Made by a program: the position numbers and the translations under genes | In this document: positions 44,383 to 53,598 of the stretch, in pieces | Layout of the letters: every line of letters begins with the position of its first letter | Numbering within the stretch: position 1 is the stretch's first letter | From: a virus | Length of the DNA stretch: 64,000 bases | IMG/VR virus record: IMGVR_UViG_3300044618_000713 | Span: 1-64,000 of that record | Reading direction: 5' to 3' (one strand) | The notes under the pieces: model-generated | Told to the model about the DNA's origin: nothing | What the model saw: the letters and a program-made list of their open reading frames with translations, nothing else | Databases searched by the model: none

Positions 44383-46301
44383 CAGGCTATCACTCCGCGA
44401 ATTGTGCCGCCGTTGCGCTGCGTGCTGTTAAGCTGGTCGATGAACTGTCTGGCGAACTTCTCGCCAAAGCCCATCGGATCATTCATCATTGTAAACTGGA
44501 AAGTGGTCGTTGGCGATGCCGCTGCCGGGGCTGCGGATGCACCACCGCCACCGCCTCTACGGCCACCACCGCCACCTCCACCACCACCACCGCCGCCGCC
44601 GCCTTCCGAGACGCCCTTGATAGCCGCCACGGCACTCATGCCCTTGGCAAAGACGGCGGCGTAATTGGCGAACTTCTGAATGGGCGTGATGGCGGTCGGA
44701 TCATTCATCGCACTAACGGCTGCGCGGATGGTGTCAACGATTGCTTGTGCGGCTGCTGCGGCCTTTGCCACTTTTAGCAGACGCTTTCCGCCCGCTTGTG
44801 CGACTTGGGCCATAGAGCCAAAGAATGAAGACGCGGCAGTCAGATCACCATCAAGGCGTTGAGACTGAATGGATGCGAGAGATGTAGCGTGATCTTCCGC
44901 CAGCTTGCGTGATAGGTCATAGTATTCTTGCTCGGAAAGCAGCTTGTTAGCCAGTGCGCCGTCAAGAGTTTCTTGGTTGAGCGTGTATTCTTCCGCAAGG
45001 ATTTCACGCTCGGTTGCGAACTGATCGCGAATAGTTTGGAGTCTATCGACGAAGAACGGGTCTTCCTCTCGATAGATACCAGGCTCTCGCATTTTGTCTG
45101 CGTTGCCATCTTTTCCGGGGATCGCCGGAATAAAAGCACCAGCATTTGATTTCTCGACCATCGCACGAGCGGCAGAAAGATCGGCTTGAAGACCTGATAA
45201 GTCTATTCCAATTGCATCAGAAATCTGCTTCCCGAATTCTGCCATTCCTGGCACCATGTCTTGAGCAGTCTGGTAAACAAAATCTAAACCTTTCTTCAGT
45301 TCATCCACGCTATCGGTAGCGATTGCAATGCCAGCCGCTAGTGTAATGAACCCGACAAGGCCAATCTTCTTGGCAAGGTTGAAAGCTGTCATTGTAATAG
45401 TTGCGGCTTTTACTGCTTGTGCAAATGCCACAAAGCCAGCCGCAGCGCCAAACAGATAGCGCGTAAAGATTGCAAGTCCAATCCCTTTTATGATTTCACC
45501 AAGAAGGTCAAGATTGTCCTTCACAACAATGACTGCGCGTGCCACACCTTGCAGAATCTGACCAGCAGCCTCTCCCGCAGACTTGAAGATATCAGTCGAT
45601 TGTGCGCTATTAACTAATGCCTCAGATACACCGACCAAGGCTGGCGTCATGCCTGTGGTAAAACTCTGCACGGCCCCAGCAACATATTGCTGAAGTCTGG
45701 TAATGTTATCGTTGAATTGTTCTGCACCTGCAGCTGCTTCTTGCGAAACAACTACGCCAAACATTCGTGCCTGATTAGTCATTTCGGCAATGCTTGCGGC
45801 ACCACCGTTGAGAAGCGGAATTAAATCAAGACCAGAACGGCCAAACAATTCCAATGCCCACTGCGATTTTTGCACGCCATCGGGCATCATGGCGAACTTG
45901 TCGGCGACATCCATCAGCACTTCGTTAGTGCCGCGCATTGTTCCGTCATTATTGCGAAGAGAGACGCCGAACGCTTGGAAACTCTTAGCACTATCACCCA
46001 TTTTGCGGGCCATGATGCCAAGAGAACTTTGCAATTGCTCAATAGATAAGTCAGACAATTTGGCTGCGTAATTTAAGCCAGACAACTCTTCAGTTGTCAT
46101 GCCAACTTTCTGGGCTACCTTCCCAATGTTGTCAGCATAATTTAGTGCAGCCTTCCCAACAGCAACAAACACACCAGCGGAAAGTGCCCCGGCAATGCCT
46201 TTCGCAAATCTGCTTAATGCACTTTCTGCCTTGCCTAGTGCTCGATCAAGGCCAGTCGTGTTGCCATTTATGGCAATTTCAATTCCGCTAGATTGAGCCA
46301 T
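44382..46301 (-). CDS. Tail tape measure protein
   Basis: 639 aa, Ala-rich; LFGRSG..LIPLLN.G; TM-like middle; follows the chaperone genes. Confidence 0.88.
   Translation of the reverse strand: MAQSSGIEIAINGNTTGLDRALGKAESALSRFAKGIAGALSAGVFVAVGKAALNYADNIGKVAQKVGMTTEELSGLNYAAKLSDLSIEQLQSSLGIMARKMGDSAKSFQAFGVSLRNNDGTMRGTNEVLMDVADKFAMMPDGVQKSQWALELFGRSGLDLIPLLNGGAASIAEMTNQARMFGVVVSQEAAAGAEQFNDNITRLQQYVAGAVQSFTTGMTPALVGVSEALVNSAQSTDIFKSAGEAAGQILQGVARAVIVVKDNLDLLGEIIKGIGLAIFTRYLFGAAAGFVAFAQAVKAATITMTAFNLAKKIGLVGFITLAAGIAIATDSVDELKKGLDFVYQTAQDMVPGMAEFGKQISDAIGIDLSGLQADLSAARAMVEKSNAGAFIPAIPGKDGNADKMREPGIYREEDPFFVDRLQTIRDQFATEREILAEEYTLNQETLDGALANKLLSEQEYYDLSRKLAEDHATSLASIQSQRLDGDLTAASSFFGSMAQVAQAGGKRLLKVAKAAAAAQAIVDTIRAAVSAMNDPTAITPIQKFANYAAVFAKGMSAVAAIKGVSEGGGGGGGGGGGGGGRRGGGGGASAAPAAASPTTTFQFTMMNDPMGFGEKFARQFIDQLNSTQRNGGTIRGVIA
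44540..44604. repeat. CCG/CCA low-complexity tract (poly-Gly)
   Basis: Encodes a long Gly run, RR, then a shorter Gly run in the tape measure C-terminus. Confidence 0.8.
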
Positions 46302-46551
46302 GTAACAGTTCCTTTAATTCCTCTACATCGGCCCTAGTCAGTTTCCCGGCGTATGTTTCGCCTGGCTCTTTCGGCTTTTTCAACTCGTATTCCAACCACC
46401 ACTCGGGAATGGTCATCTCCCAGAAATCGCTAGGCTGAATTCCCCATTCCCTCGCCCATAGATACATTCCGTTCCAGTCTAGTTCTCCATACTCTCCATG
46501 ATCTTCGCCCTCGCCTTCGACTGGCTTTCGGTCTGGGCGTCTGGATTTTTT
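46288..46551 (-). CDS. Tail assembly chaperone -1 frameshift extension (gpGT-like)
   Basis: A AAA AAT slippery site at 46551-46545; open -1 frame encodes WGIQPSDFWEMT... Confidence 0.8.
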   Translation of the reverse strand, partial: KKSRRPDRKPVEGEGEDHGEYGELDWNGMYLWAREWGIQPSDFWEMTIPEWWLEYELKKPKEPGETYAGKLTRADVEELKELLHGSI

Positions 46552-46856
46552 GACTTGTCTTCAGTCGGAGAGAACGATGTGAGCACAAGGCTGATCAAGG
46601 AAGTGATGCTCTCCTGATCGCCCGTTACAAGTTCCTCATAGACCTGTTCGTCCGTGACCCTGCACCCTGCCGCCGTCAGCATCTTTGCAAGCACGAAAGA
46701 GATGTGGCTGACAGGCGGATGACCTTGGCTTGTGCGCACGGCGATGTCCGTGAAGGATATGTCGCCCATCTCGATGGATCGCATTAGCTTCATGGAAGGG
46801 ACGAAGCGATACTCTTCACCCTTCCACTTGATTGTTAGCTCCCGAAAGATTGCCAT
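46479..46856 (-). CDS. Tail assembly chaperone (gpG-like)
   Basis: Between tail tube and tape measure; ends ...SKNPDAQ. Confidence 0.8.
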   Translation of the reverse strand: MAIFRELTIKWKGEEYRFVPSMKLMRSIEMGDISFTDIAVRTSQGHPPVSHISFVLAKMLTAAGCRVTDEQVYEELVTGDQESITSLISLVLTSFSPTEDKSKNPDAQTESQSKARAKIMESMEN

Positions 46857-46858
46857 GA

Positions 46859-47248
46859 TTACGATGCCGTGAACGTAATCGTTCCAGAGGACTGGATCGA
46901 GGCCGTGAAGGTCGTGGCGTCTGCCTGTTCGCCGGTCACAGCGAAGCTGGCAAGAAAGAAGTTGCCGGTGAACGATCCAAGGCCGAGCAGTTCAATGGTG
47001 TAGGCTTCAAGCAGAGCCGAGGAAGTTCCAACGGCAAGCGCCAAGAAGGTGGTGTCCTCAAGGATGCCTTCGACTTCGGCATCGATGGAGCGGACACCGA
47101 CATCAGCCAGCATCTTGCGCCAACCGTTGTCATCCTTTTCGGTGAGATCGATCGGTTCGTTATTGATAGTGAAGCTATCAGCGCGAGCACCAGCCACGGC
47201 AGTCGAGCCGCGCTTGATACGAACTTTGCGTCCAGCAATTGCGGGCAT
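46859..47248 (-). CDS. Major tail tube protein (TP901-1/GTA type)
   Basis: AIAGR...INNEPID.T.KD..GWR..L...G.RSI...EG. Confidence 0.85.
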   Translation of the reverse strand: MPAIAGRKVRIKRGSTAVAGARADSFTINNEPIDLTEKDDNGWRKMLADVGVRSIDAEVEGILEDTTFLALAVGTSSALLEAYTIELLGLGSFTGNFFLASFAVTGEQADATTFTASIQSSGTITFTAS

Positions 47249-47263
47249 GTTCTAGTTCCTTTC

Positions 47264-47944
47264 TTAGGTCACGGGTCCACGAATGTTAGAGAATGCCACC
47301 GTGGAGCCGACGCTGTTGGTGGCGGTTACGCGGCACCGGATGTATTTTCCGGTGTCCGATCCAGTGAGAGTATAAGTCAATCCAGTAGCCGATGCGATGT
47401 TGGCCCATGACGGATCGTTTGGATCAGCCACGTTGCCACGCTGCCACTGGCGAGCGAACGTGATCGTAGCATCACCAGCCCATGTTCCGTTCGTCGTCGT
47501 CTGGACGTTCGTTCCAGACAGCGTGCCAGTGATGGCAGGAAGGACAGTGTTGTACGGGCCGATGGTGGCCGTCATGCTTTCGCCGCTCTCAAGTGTGGCG
47601 GTAAAGGTCACGACATCAGCCTGTTCCGCGCCGATCTGAAGGCCCTGGAGCATGAAGTCGCCGGTTAAGGTGCCGATACCAGAGATCGTGACCACGCACT
47701 CCTTAAGAAGCGCCGTGGTAGCGGTGCCCACGGAATCCGCCAAGAGGACGGTATCCTTCAGCACGCCTTCGATCTCGCAAGAGACAGAGCGCAATCCGAC
47801 ATCTGTCAGCATGGTGCGCCAGCCAAGATTGTCTTTGTCCGTGATGTCAAGTGGCTCATTATTGATCGTCACGCTGTCAGCACGAGCGCCCACGATGTTG
47901 GAGCCGTTGCGGCTTATGCGAACTGATCGGCCAGAAATAGCCAT
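47264..47944 (-). CDS. Second tail tube paralog with C-terminal Ig-like domain
   Basis: Same tube motifs plus PAITG...NGTW...QWQRG...TYTL...D.GK.IRC.VTATN. Confidence 0.85.
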   Translation of the reverse strand: MAISGRSVRISRNGSNIVGARADSVTINNEPLDITDKDNLGWRTMLTDVGLRSVSCEIEGVLKDTVLLADSVGTATTALLKECVVTISGIGTLTGDFMLQGLQIGAEQADVVTFTATLESGESMTATIGPYNTVLPAITGTLSGTNVQTTTNGTWAGDATITFARQWQRGNVADPNDPSWANIASATGLTYTLTGSDTGKYIRCRVTATNSVGSTVAFSNIRGPVT

Positions 47945-47963
47945 GCAAGAACCTCTTCTTTGG

Positions 47964-47998
47964 CCGTGATTATATCACGGAAACTATGCAATCCACAA
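47964..47998 (-). promoter_or_regulatory. Promoter for tail tube genes with palindrome over -10
   Basis: TTGTGG-N18-TATAAT (TGn extended); CCGTGAT-ATA-ATCACGG. Confidence 0.6.
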
Positions 47999-48412
47999 TA
48001 CACGGTACAAGATGAGGCCGCGCTTGGTCTTGCCATCAGGATCGCGCGAAAAATTGCAACTATCGAGTTCTGTGGTGATGTGCGTGACGCCAGCGATAGA
48101 AAGCGGCTGGCGGCGCATCCTGCCATCGACAGCATCGACTACGGTCTTGAGATCGAGCATAGATGCGGCACGGTCCCATACGTCGATCTGCACGATGGCC
48201 GATCCACCAAGGTCATCTTTGCTGTCGAACGGATTGATTGTGTCAGCCCCGATGGTGATGAACGGGAATGCCGATTCCAACTCACTATCAGCCGCTTGTG
48301 GGACATCGGTAAAGATCGCTACGAGCGGGCTATAGTAGGTGCTGAGAAGACTGGTGACGGCGCTATCGTTAAGCCGGTTGTAGACTGCCGTCTGGAGGTC
48401 ATCAGATTTCAT
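47984..48412 (-). CDS. Tail terminator (DUF3168-like)
   Basis: LQTAVYNRL...IFTDVPQ...FPFITIG...QIDVW. Confidence 0.8.
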   Translation of the reverse strand: MKSDDLQTAVYNRLNDSAVTSLLSTYYSPLVAIFTDVPQAADSELESAFPFITIGADTINPFDSKDDLGGSAIVQIDVWDRAASMLDLKTVVDAVDGRMRRQPLSIAGVTHITTELDSCNFSRDPDGKTKRGLILYRVLWIA

Positions 48413-48873
48413 TTCGTTGTCTTCTCCGCGCGTGCCTTGGCCTTGGCGATTGCAATGTTAACCAATTCTAGCATCCGTGGGATTGCTCGCTCAACAGCAG
48501 GTATCCATGCAGGACGTTTGCCCATCTTGAATGTGCCGAACTCAAGGTGATAGGCATATGGCAACCGGCTTCCGATTGCGCGTCCATATTTGCCTCGGTT
48601 TTCAATGTAGGTTGATGTCAGCAAAGCGCCTCCATCGGTGGCCGGGGCTTCGCCTTCTTTTGACGCCTGATGCTTGATGTCTCTGTTTTTTCCCTTGTAA
48701 TAAATCCGACCTGTTTTCGGCGGGTTCTCAATAGCATTTCTAACGTCTCTGAGAGCGTTTTGTGCGGTTGCTTTAACAATCAGCTCTAGATTGTTGCCAA
48801 GGTCTTTCCCATAGGCTTGCAAGGCCGCGTTGACCTCTTTCAAGCCCTTGATCTCGACCTTGACGTCCGTCAC
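48409..48873 (-). CDS. HK97 gp10-like neck protein
   Basis: HQAS..GEAPATD.G.L...YA.HLEFGT..M..RP...PA. Confidence 0.85.
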   Translation of the reverse strand: MTDVKVEIKGLKEVNAALQAYGKDLGNNLELIVKATAQNALRDVRNAIENPPKTGRIYYKGKNRDIKHQASKEGEAPATDGGALLTSTYIENRGKYGRAIGSRLPYAYHLEFGTFKMGKRPAWIPAVERAIPRMLELVNIAIAKAKARAEKTTK

Positions 48874-49217
48874 GCTGCGACCCCGCCATCAACGTCGATC
48901 TGAAGCCACTTGTTGGCGAACTCCATGTTATCGAGGAACCGGATATTGTGGATCTTGTTCCTGATCTGCACGCGGTCGGAATCTAGCAACGCGGAGGTGT
49001 AGCGCACAACAAGACGCAACCGAACGGTTGCCTCAGTGCGGTCATGGGCAAATCGCTCCGAGCCGCCAACCGGCACCACATAGGCGCGGGTCGGTGCGCC
49101 GGAAACGGTAGCCCAGGATTCCGTCTGTCCTCCTGCTCCGTCGCTGGTCAAGGTGCGGCGTTGGAACGTCACCGGCTCCTTGAGCTTGCCGGAATTCATG
49201 TCGCAACATTTCATCAT
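48870..49217 (-). CDS. Head closure / head-tail adaptor (SPP1 gp16-like)
   Basis: GKL...VTFQ......DGAGG....W. Confidence 0.85.
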   Translation of the reverse strand: MMKCCDMNSGKLKEPVTFQRRTLTSDGAGGQTESWATVSGAPTRAYVVPVGGSERFAHDRTEATVRLRLVVRYTSALLDSDRVQIRNKIHNIRFLDNMEFANKWLQIDVDGGVAA

Positions 49218-49984
49218 CTGGCGTTGAACTCTATAATGTCCATGTTGACAGCGACATCGACGGTGCTGGCCGATACGTTGGCAAGGAAGCCGAAATCACA
49301 TAACGGCGGGAAGTAGAGAGGCGGATCGAATACAACATCGAAGAGACCGGAACTCTGCGGATACTCAGTCACCATTAGCATAGAACTGTATGGTGCCGCA
49401 GTCTCAAGGATATTTTCGCGCTTGTAGAGAACGATGTTGGCCTTCTTGTCAGCATCGCTTGAGATGGTCACGTTGCGGAGTGCCGCGCTGCGGTCTCTGG
49501 GCGTGGTGTAGACAGCCATTTCTGTCTTGCCGCGTGCCAGTGTGCCATCTGCAATAACTGCCCAGTCCTCGCCTCCTGCGGCATTCTCAATGGTTATTGT
49601 ACCAGCGTGCGATCTGGCGCTCTGCGTTGAATACGTTCCAGACTTGGACACATAGACATCGAATAGGCGGATAAATGACTTCGACGTTTGCGCGCTTGCG
49701 GATGCACCTGCTGTTGCCAGCGCCTGGGTGCTGTAGTCACCGAACTCATCAATGCCGATTAAAATAATTTCTCTCGCACCGGAGCCGTTGGCGGTGTCGT
49801 TCGCATTGCCACCGGCCTTGATGCGGAGATGAACATGGGCATTTGCTTGGGGCGTGCGGTAGAAGCCAGAACGAGATACAGGCACGAAGCTGGAACCGAT
49901 GGAAATATTGCGTCCGAACTTGTTGAACGACCGACAACCCGAAGCCAGTCCGCGCGCAATGTCGAGACTGCTGGGATAGGTCAT
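49214..49984 (-). CDS. Neck-region accessory virion protein
   Basis: DIARG......NKFGRN N-terminus; beta-rich; inserted between connector genes. Confidence 0.6.
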   Translation of the reverse strand: MTYPSSLDIARGLASGCRSFNKFGRNISIGSSFVPVSRSGFYRTPQANAHVHLRIKAGGNANDTANGSGAREIILIGIDEFGDYSTQALATAGASASAQTSKSFIRLFDVYVSKSGTYSTQSARSHAGTITIENAAGGEDWAVIADGTLARGKTEMAVYTTPRDRSAALRNVTISSDADKKANIVLYKRENILETAAPYSSMLMVTEYPQSSGLFDVVFDPPLYFPPLCDFGFLANVSASTVDVAVNMDIIEFNAR

Positions 49985-50661
49985 ATCTTCATGGCCTTAT
50001 ATTGAGCCATAATGACCGAAGCGCCGGATGCGTCATAGGCATCACTTGCATCGCAGTCATCGCCACGGTTGCTATAGAGGAAAGCCGCAAGCTGCTTGAC
50101 GGCACGCTTCATTGGAGACGGCACTGCTGCTGCATTGGCGAATCCAGACACATAGATGATCTGGATGGCGTTATTGGCTCGCAGAGCAACCGGCCAAGTC
50201 TGGCCTCGCTTGAGTGTCAACCTTCCAGGCGTCTGGTAGATGTCAATGTCGAAGACATTGGCAACCGTGACTGCCGTTGCATTGCTGCCTTCATCGTAGA
50301 CAGTGACTGATGTGATAGACTGAAGAGGCCAACGCGGAATGGCAAGGCTTTGAATTGTGCTGGTGCGGTAGAGTTCTGTGATCGACATCTCGCGCACGCC
50401 ATCCCACCAAGCCTCGCCACCAGCGGGCCAGCGATCAAGCGAGAGCCGCCACGACTGCGTTATGAATGCAAGGCCGGTCATGTTCTCGATCTCGGTCCTA
50501 GCGTCCGTGATGAGCGTATTCGCCTCCGCGTCAGGGAGTTCCGTCGAATCAGTGCGAAGATGCGTGCGGAGTTCCGCAGCCGTTACCGGCTCGGATGCAG
50601 GGGCGGAAGTAAGAACCGAACCCCGGAACTGATAAAGCGGAACGGCGGCGCGAAGGCTCAT
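49981..50661 (-). CDS. Head-tail connector (gp6-like)
   Basis: PASEPVT..E...HLR.D...AR..IE..TG.A.ITQ.W. Confidence 0.85.
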   Translation of the reverse strand: MSLRAAVPLYQFRGSVLTSAPASEPVTAAELRTHLRTDSTELPDAEANTLITDARTEIENMTGLAFITQSWRLSLDRWPAGGEAWWDGVREMSITELYRTSTIQSLAIPRWPLQSITSVTVYDEGSNATAVTVANVFDIDIYQTPGRLTLKRGQTWPVALRANNAIQIIYVSGFANAAAVPSPMKRAVKQLAAFLYSNRGDDCDASDAYDASGASVIMAQYKAMKI

Positions 50662-50664
50662 AGA

Positions 50665-50859
50665 TTAACCTTTCCTAACTTTCTTCTTTGGCGTTTCGAT
50701 CTTGGTTTCCAGATCAGGGATTGACTGGATTTCGATTGCCACACCATCCGCTATTGCCATTTCTGCAATAGGGCTTTCGATGGTTGTTCCGGCTTTTAAC
50801 TTTAAGATCGTATGCCCTTCTGGGGCGCACGCATAATCATGCAGAAGAGTTGCCTTCAT
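50665..50859 (-). CDS. Small head-associated protein
   Basis: 64 aa with basic tail. Confidence 0.55.
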   Translation of the reverse strand: MKATLLHDYACAPEGHTILKLKAGTTIESPIAEMAIADGVAIEIQSIPDLETKIETPKKKVRKG

Positions 50860-50860
50860 C

Positions 50861-51274
50861 TTATGTATCCATTGGCGCGTTGATAATGGTCAGGCCGAGA
50901 CGCCCCATTGCCACGAACGGTTCCTGTTCCGTGACATCCGCAGCAGCAAAAAGGGCATCCACATCCTCTTGCGTGCAAACGACGCCCTGCGCTGTAGCTG
51001 CCGTGTAGACCGCCACTGGATCGCCGGGTTCGCTGCCAATCAGCACCCAGTCACCGCCGTATTCGTACTGCGCCCAGACCTGTAGCGGCACAAGATACCC
51101 ATACTCAGGCGGCACATAGCCTGATGAGATGTAGTGCGTTGCGGGGTCTAAACCGGATGCGGAGAGCGGTGTGATCCACATGCCTTCGCCGCCGGGGCCA
51201 AAGGATTTGGCAATCTGGCGAGCCAACTGAACTCTGTCAGCCGGGACAATGAGAGTGCGGAAGATATAATCCAT
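50861..51274 (-). CDS. Hypothetical protein coupled to the head fibre
   Basis: TGATG coupling; PATHYISSG motif. Confidence 0.6.
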   Translation of the reverse strand: MDYIFRTLIVPADRVQLARQIAKSFGPGGEGMWITPLSASGLDPATHYISSGYVPPEYGYLVPLQVWAQYEYGGDWVLIGSEPGDPVAVYTAATAQGVVCTQEDVDALFAAADVTEQEPFVAMGRLGLTIINAPMDT

Positions 51275-52452
51275 CAGTATGCCATCGTCCTTCCGTCGAC
51301 CCATGTTTCGGTATTGCTGATCGTGGTTGCGTCAAGGTTTGCGCCGAAGCGGACAATTAAACTATAAATTTTTCCGTTGAGGTATCCGGCAGCAGTAGCT
51401 TGTCTTCCTATGTATAGTACCTGCGAACCAAAACTTGTAATGCCGCTATCCGTAGCAGAACCGATTGCTGTAACCGTTCCATTTTCTCTTAATGAAATCT
51501 CACCCGTCCCTGTTGCAGCGGCATCGTACAGAGTTGAAAAAACAACTGTATACGGCACAACTTTAGTAACTCGCGGTGATTGATTAACTCCCGACCCATT
51601 TAGAGCGGCGCGGTAACTATCCGTCGAACCATCGCCAGTAAGAATACGCATCATGGCATCTGTCGCAGTAGTCGTAGTATCGCCAAACTGCCATACTGGA
51701 CTATTGTTTGACCTTGGTGTCTCTACCCTGACCCCGGCAAACATCTGTGCTTTAACTCCAGCACCGGGATTAATAGATGCTGTAGTAAGGAAGTCATCTG
51801 TGCCATCAAACTTAAGGTAATACGGGAAACCCGTGGTGTCGTAATTAGTACTGGTTACTACAGCTTGGTATGCGGGGAGACCTACGCCAGTGTTGGTTAC
51901 TCGAAGGTCAGCAGATGTTACTGACCCAGATACCGTTAGAGTTAAAGTACCAGCCGTGCATACCAGCGAGTTTGATCCTGCGCTGTATACTCCGACATTG
52001 GTTCCAGATGTTGTAACTGTGCCAGTACCACTAAAAGCAAGAGTGTATGTAGCCGCCCGTGTCGTAACATTTTGTGTTGCCAGCGTAGCAGTATTTAGAA
52101 GTTCATTTACCCTAGCACTCAGCACGGGGCAAGAGGCGGGTGTGGACTGTGTAGCGGTGTTGCCGCGACCGGACTTGTCAAGAATGCGGCCTACAGGTTG
52201 CTCCACCGCCGTAACAGGCGTGGTCCCCACGCTGTCTTGGAACATCGTGGTGAAATCAGACGGATCGTACCAAGCACCCTGCTCACCTGCTGAGAACAAT
52301 GCACCAGGAGAAAAACTGCGTCCATAAAGAACAGTAGATGAGAGAAGGCCAAGACTTAGGTTTATCATGGTGTCACTTCCGACAAGAGGGCTTGCAATAT
52401 TGTCGCCTTTCGCCAATCGAAGTCTAATTATTTCCGCGCCAAAGTCTGTCAT
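51274..52452 (-). CDS. Head fibre with LamG-like domain
   Basis: Homolog of 15145-16293; alternative start 52368 (MINLSLGL) resembles the RcGTA head-spike fibre N-terminus. Confidence 0.7.
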   Translation of the reverse strand: MTDFGAEIIRLRLAKGDNIASPLVGSDTMINLSLGLLSSTVLYGRSFSPGALFSAGEQGAWYDPSDFTTMFQDSVGTTPVTAVEQPVGRILDKSGRGNTATQSTPASCPVLSARVNELLNTATLATQNVTTRAATYTLAFSGTGTVTTSGTNVGVYSAGSNSLVCTAGTLTLTVSGSVTSADLRVTNTGVGLPAYQAVVTSTNYDTTGFPYYLKFDGTDDFLTTASINPGAGVKAQMFAGVRVETPRSNNSPVWQFGDTTTTATDAMMRILTGDGSTDSYRAALNGSGVNQSPRVTKVVPYTVVFSTLYDAAATGTGEISLRENGTVTAIGSATDSGITSFGSQVLYIGRQATAAGYLNGKIYSLIVRFGANLDATTISNTETWVDGRTMAY

Positions 52453-52782
52453 TTAATCCGTAACCTGACGGACAACGATGATTCCGAATGTGTCTGTTCT
52501 AACCGTGTCACCGCTGACAATTTTAAGATCACAAATGAGTGGTCGTTCTTCATCAGTAAGAGGCCACGCGGAAGTGTCACTAGCGGAAATTAAAATTTCC
52601 CCAGTCGCCGCACCAGATGTATCAATCGTCAACGTAGCAACCGCCGAAAAATCCCATGTTTTGACCTGAGAAGTAACGGTGTCTCCGGTCAAATCAACGA
52701 CTCCATCCGCATCCGAGACAATGATTTTCCTGGTGAACGTATCACTTCGCTTATGATTCGTTGTCTGGATGCGGCTTGCCAT
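52453..52782 (-). CDS. BppU-like adaptor protein
   Basis: KR.DTF......D..G.VDLTG.TV.SQV...G.I.....DT..W. Confidence 0.55.
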   Translation of the reverse strand: MASRIQTTNHKRSDTFTRKIIVSDADGVVDLTGDTVTSQVKTWDFSAVATLTIDTSGAATGEILISASDTSAWPLTDEERPLICDLKIVSGDTVRTDTFGIIVVRQVTD

Positions 52783-53033
52783 CAATACCATCCAATGACG
52801 GTTGCTGTGGTTGCTGCGCGAACTTGAACGGCGCGGATTGGAAGAATTTGTCCCTTTACAACCGCGTATGTCACATCAACGCCGCCAATATCACGAACAA
52901 CAAGATTGCCGTCTGCGTTGACATAAAGAGCGCGAGGACGAACCGCAAGATCAGAGTCTCCTGGCGTAATGGAGAAGTGCCGATATGCGGGACTTTCAAG
53001 CCCCATTGTATGATTGGAATACGGATCAGACAT
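52782..53033 (-). CDS. Head spike base protein (RcGTA Rcc01079-like)
   Basis: D......GLESPA...F.ITP.D..L...PRALYV...G.L.V......V......G.ILPIRA..V. Confidence 0.8.
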   Translation of the reverse strand: MSDPYSNHTMGLESPAYRHFSITPGDSDLAVRPRALYVNADGNLVVRDIGGVDVTYAVVKGQILPIRAVQVRAATTATVIGWY

Positions 53034-53062
53034 TTTTTATCTCCGGCTGGAGTGAGAAAGGT

Positions 53063-53086
53063 AGGGGCGGCTTTGAAACCGCCCCT
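53063..53086 (-). terminator. Hairpin terminator after the head genes
   Basis: AGGGGCGG...CCGCCCCT followed by ACCTTTCT on the minus strand. Confidence 0.5.
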
Positions 53087-53092
53087 TCGAGA

Positions 53093-53536
53093 TTACGTAG
53101 CAGCCACGTTGGTGCCGACGAAGGTGGTGGCAGCGCGGTGCGGCACATTGAGGATGCCGTAGACCTTGACGGTCGCATCGGTGCCGGTGGTGCCAACGCC
53201 GTTCATGCGAACATAACGCTTGCTGCCCTTATAGCCGATGCCGCCGATGATCTTGTTGTCATCGCCATCGGCAGTGACAGACAGGGCAATCGTGCCATTA
53301 ACTGAATCAGCAGCGACAATGGCCGCAGCGTCACCAGCAACGGTCGTGTCGGAGTGCTGGGCCGTGAAGGTGAAGCCAGCAGCAGCGCCAGCATCGGTCA
53401 CGGTGTCGGTGGCAAGCATCAGGGTGACGGCATCAAAGCCACGGGTATCAACCCAAGAAGTAGCACCGGCAGTGGTGCCAGAGAGAGTCACGGTGCCAAG
53501 CAAGACAACCTGCTTGTTGGAAAGCATATCACGCAT
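53093..53536 (-). CDS. Capsid decoration protein
   Basis: MRD...VDT.GFD......GY.GSKRYVR; directly after the MCP. Confidence 0.65.
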   Translation of the reverse strand: MRDMLSNKQVVLLGTVTLSGTTAGATSWVDTRGFDAVTLMLATDTVTDAGAAAGFTFTAQHSDTTVAGDAAAIVAADSVNGTIALSVTADGDDNKIIGGIGYKGSKRYVRMNGVGTTGTDATVKVYGILNVPHRAATTFVGTNVAAT

Positions 53537-53598
53537 CTCAAGAATCCTTCTTATCGGCGTGGTTGCGGAGCGGCGTTATTGCCGCCCCGCGTTAGTTG

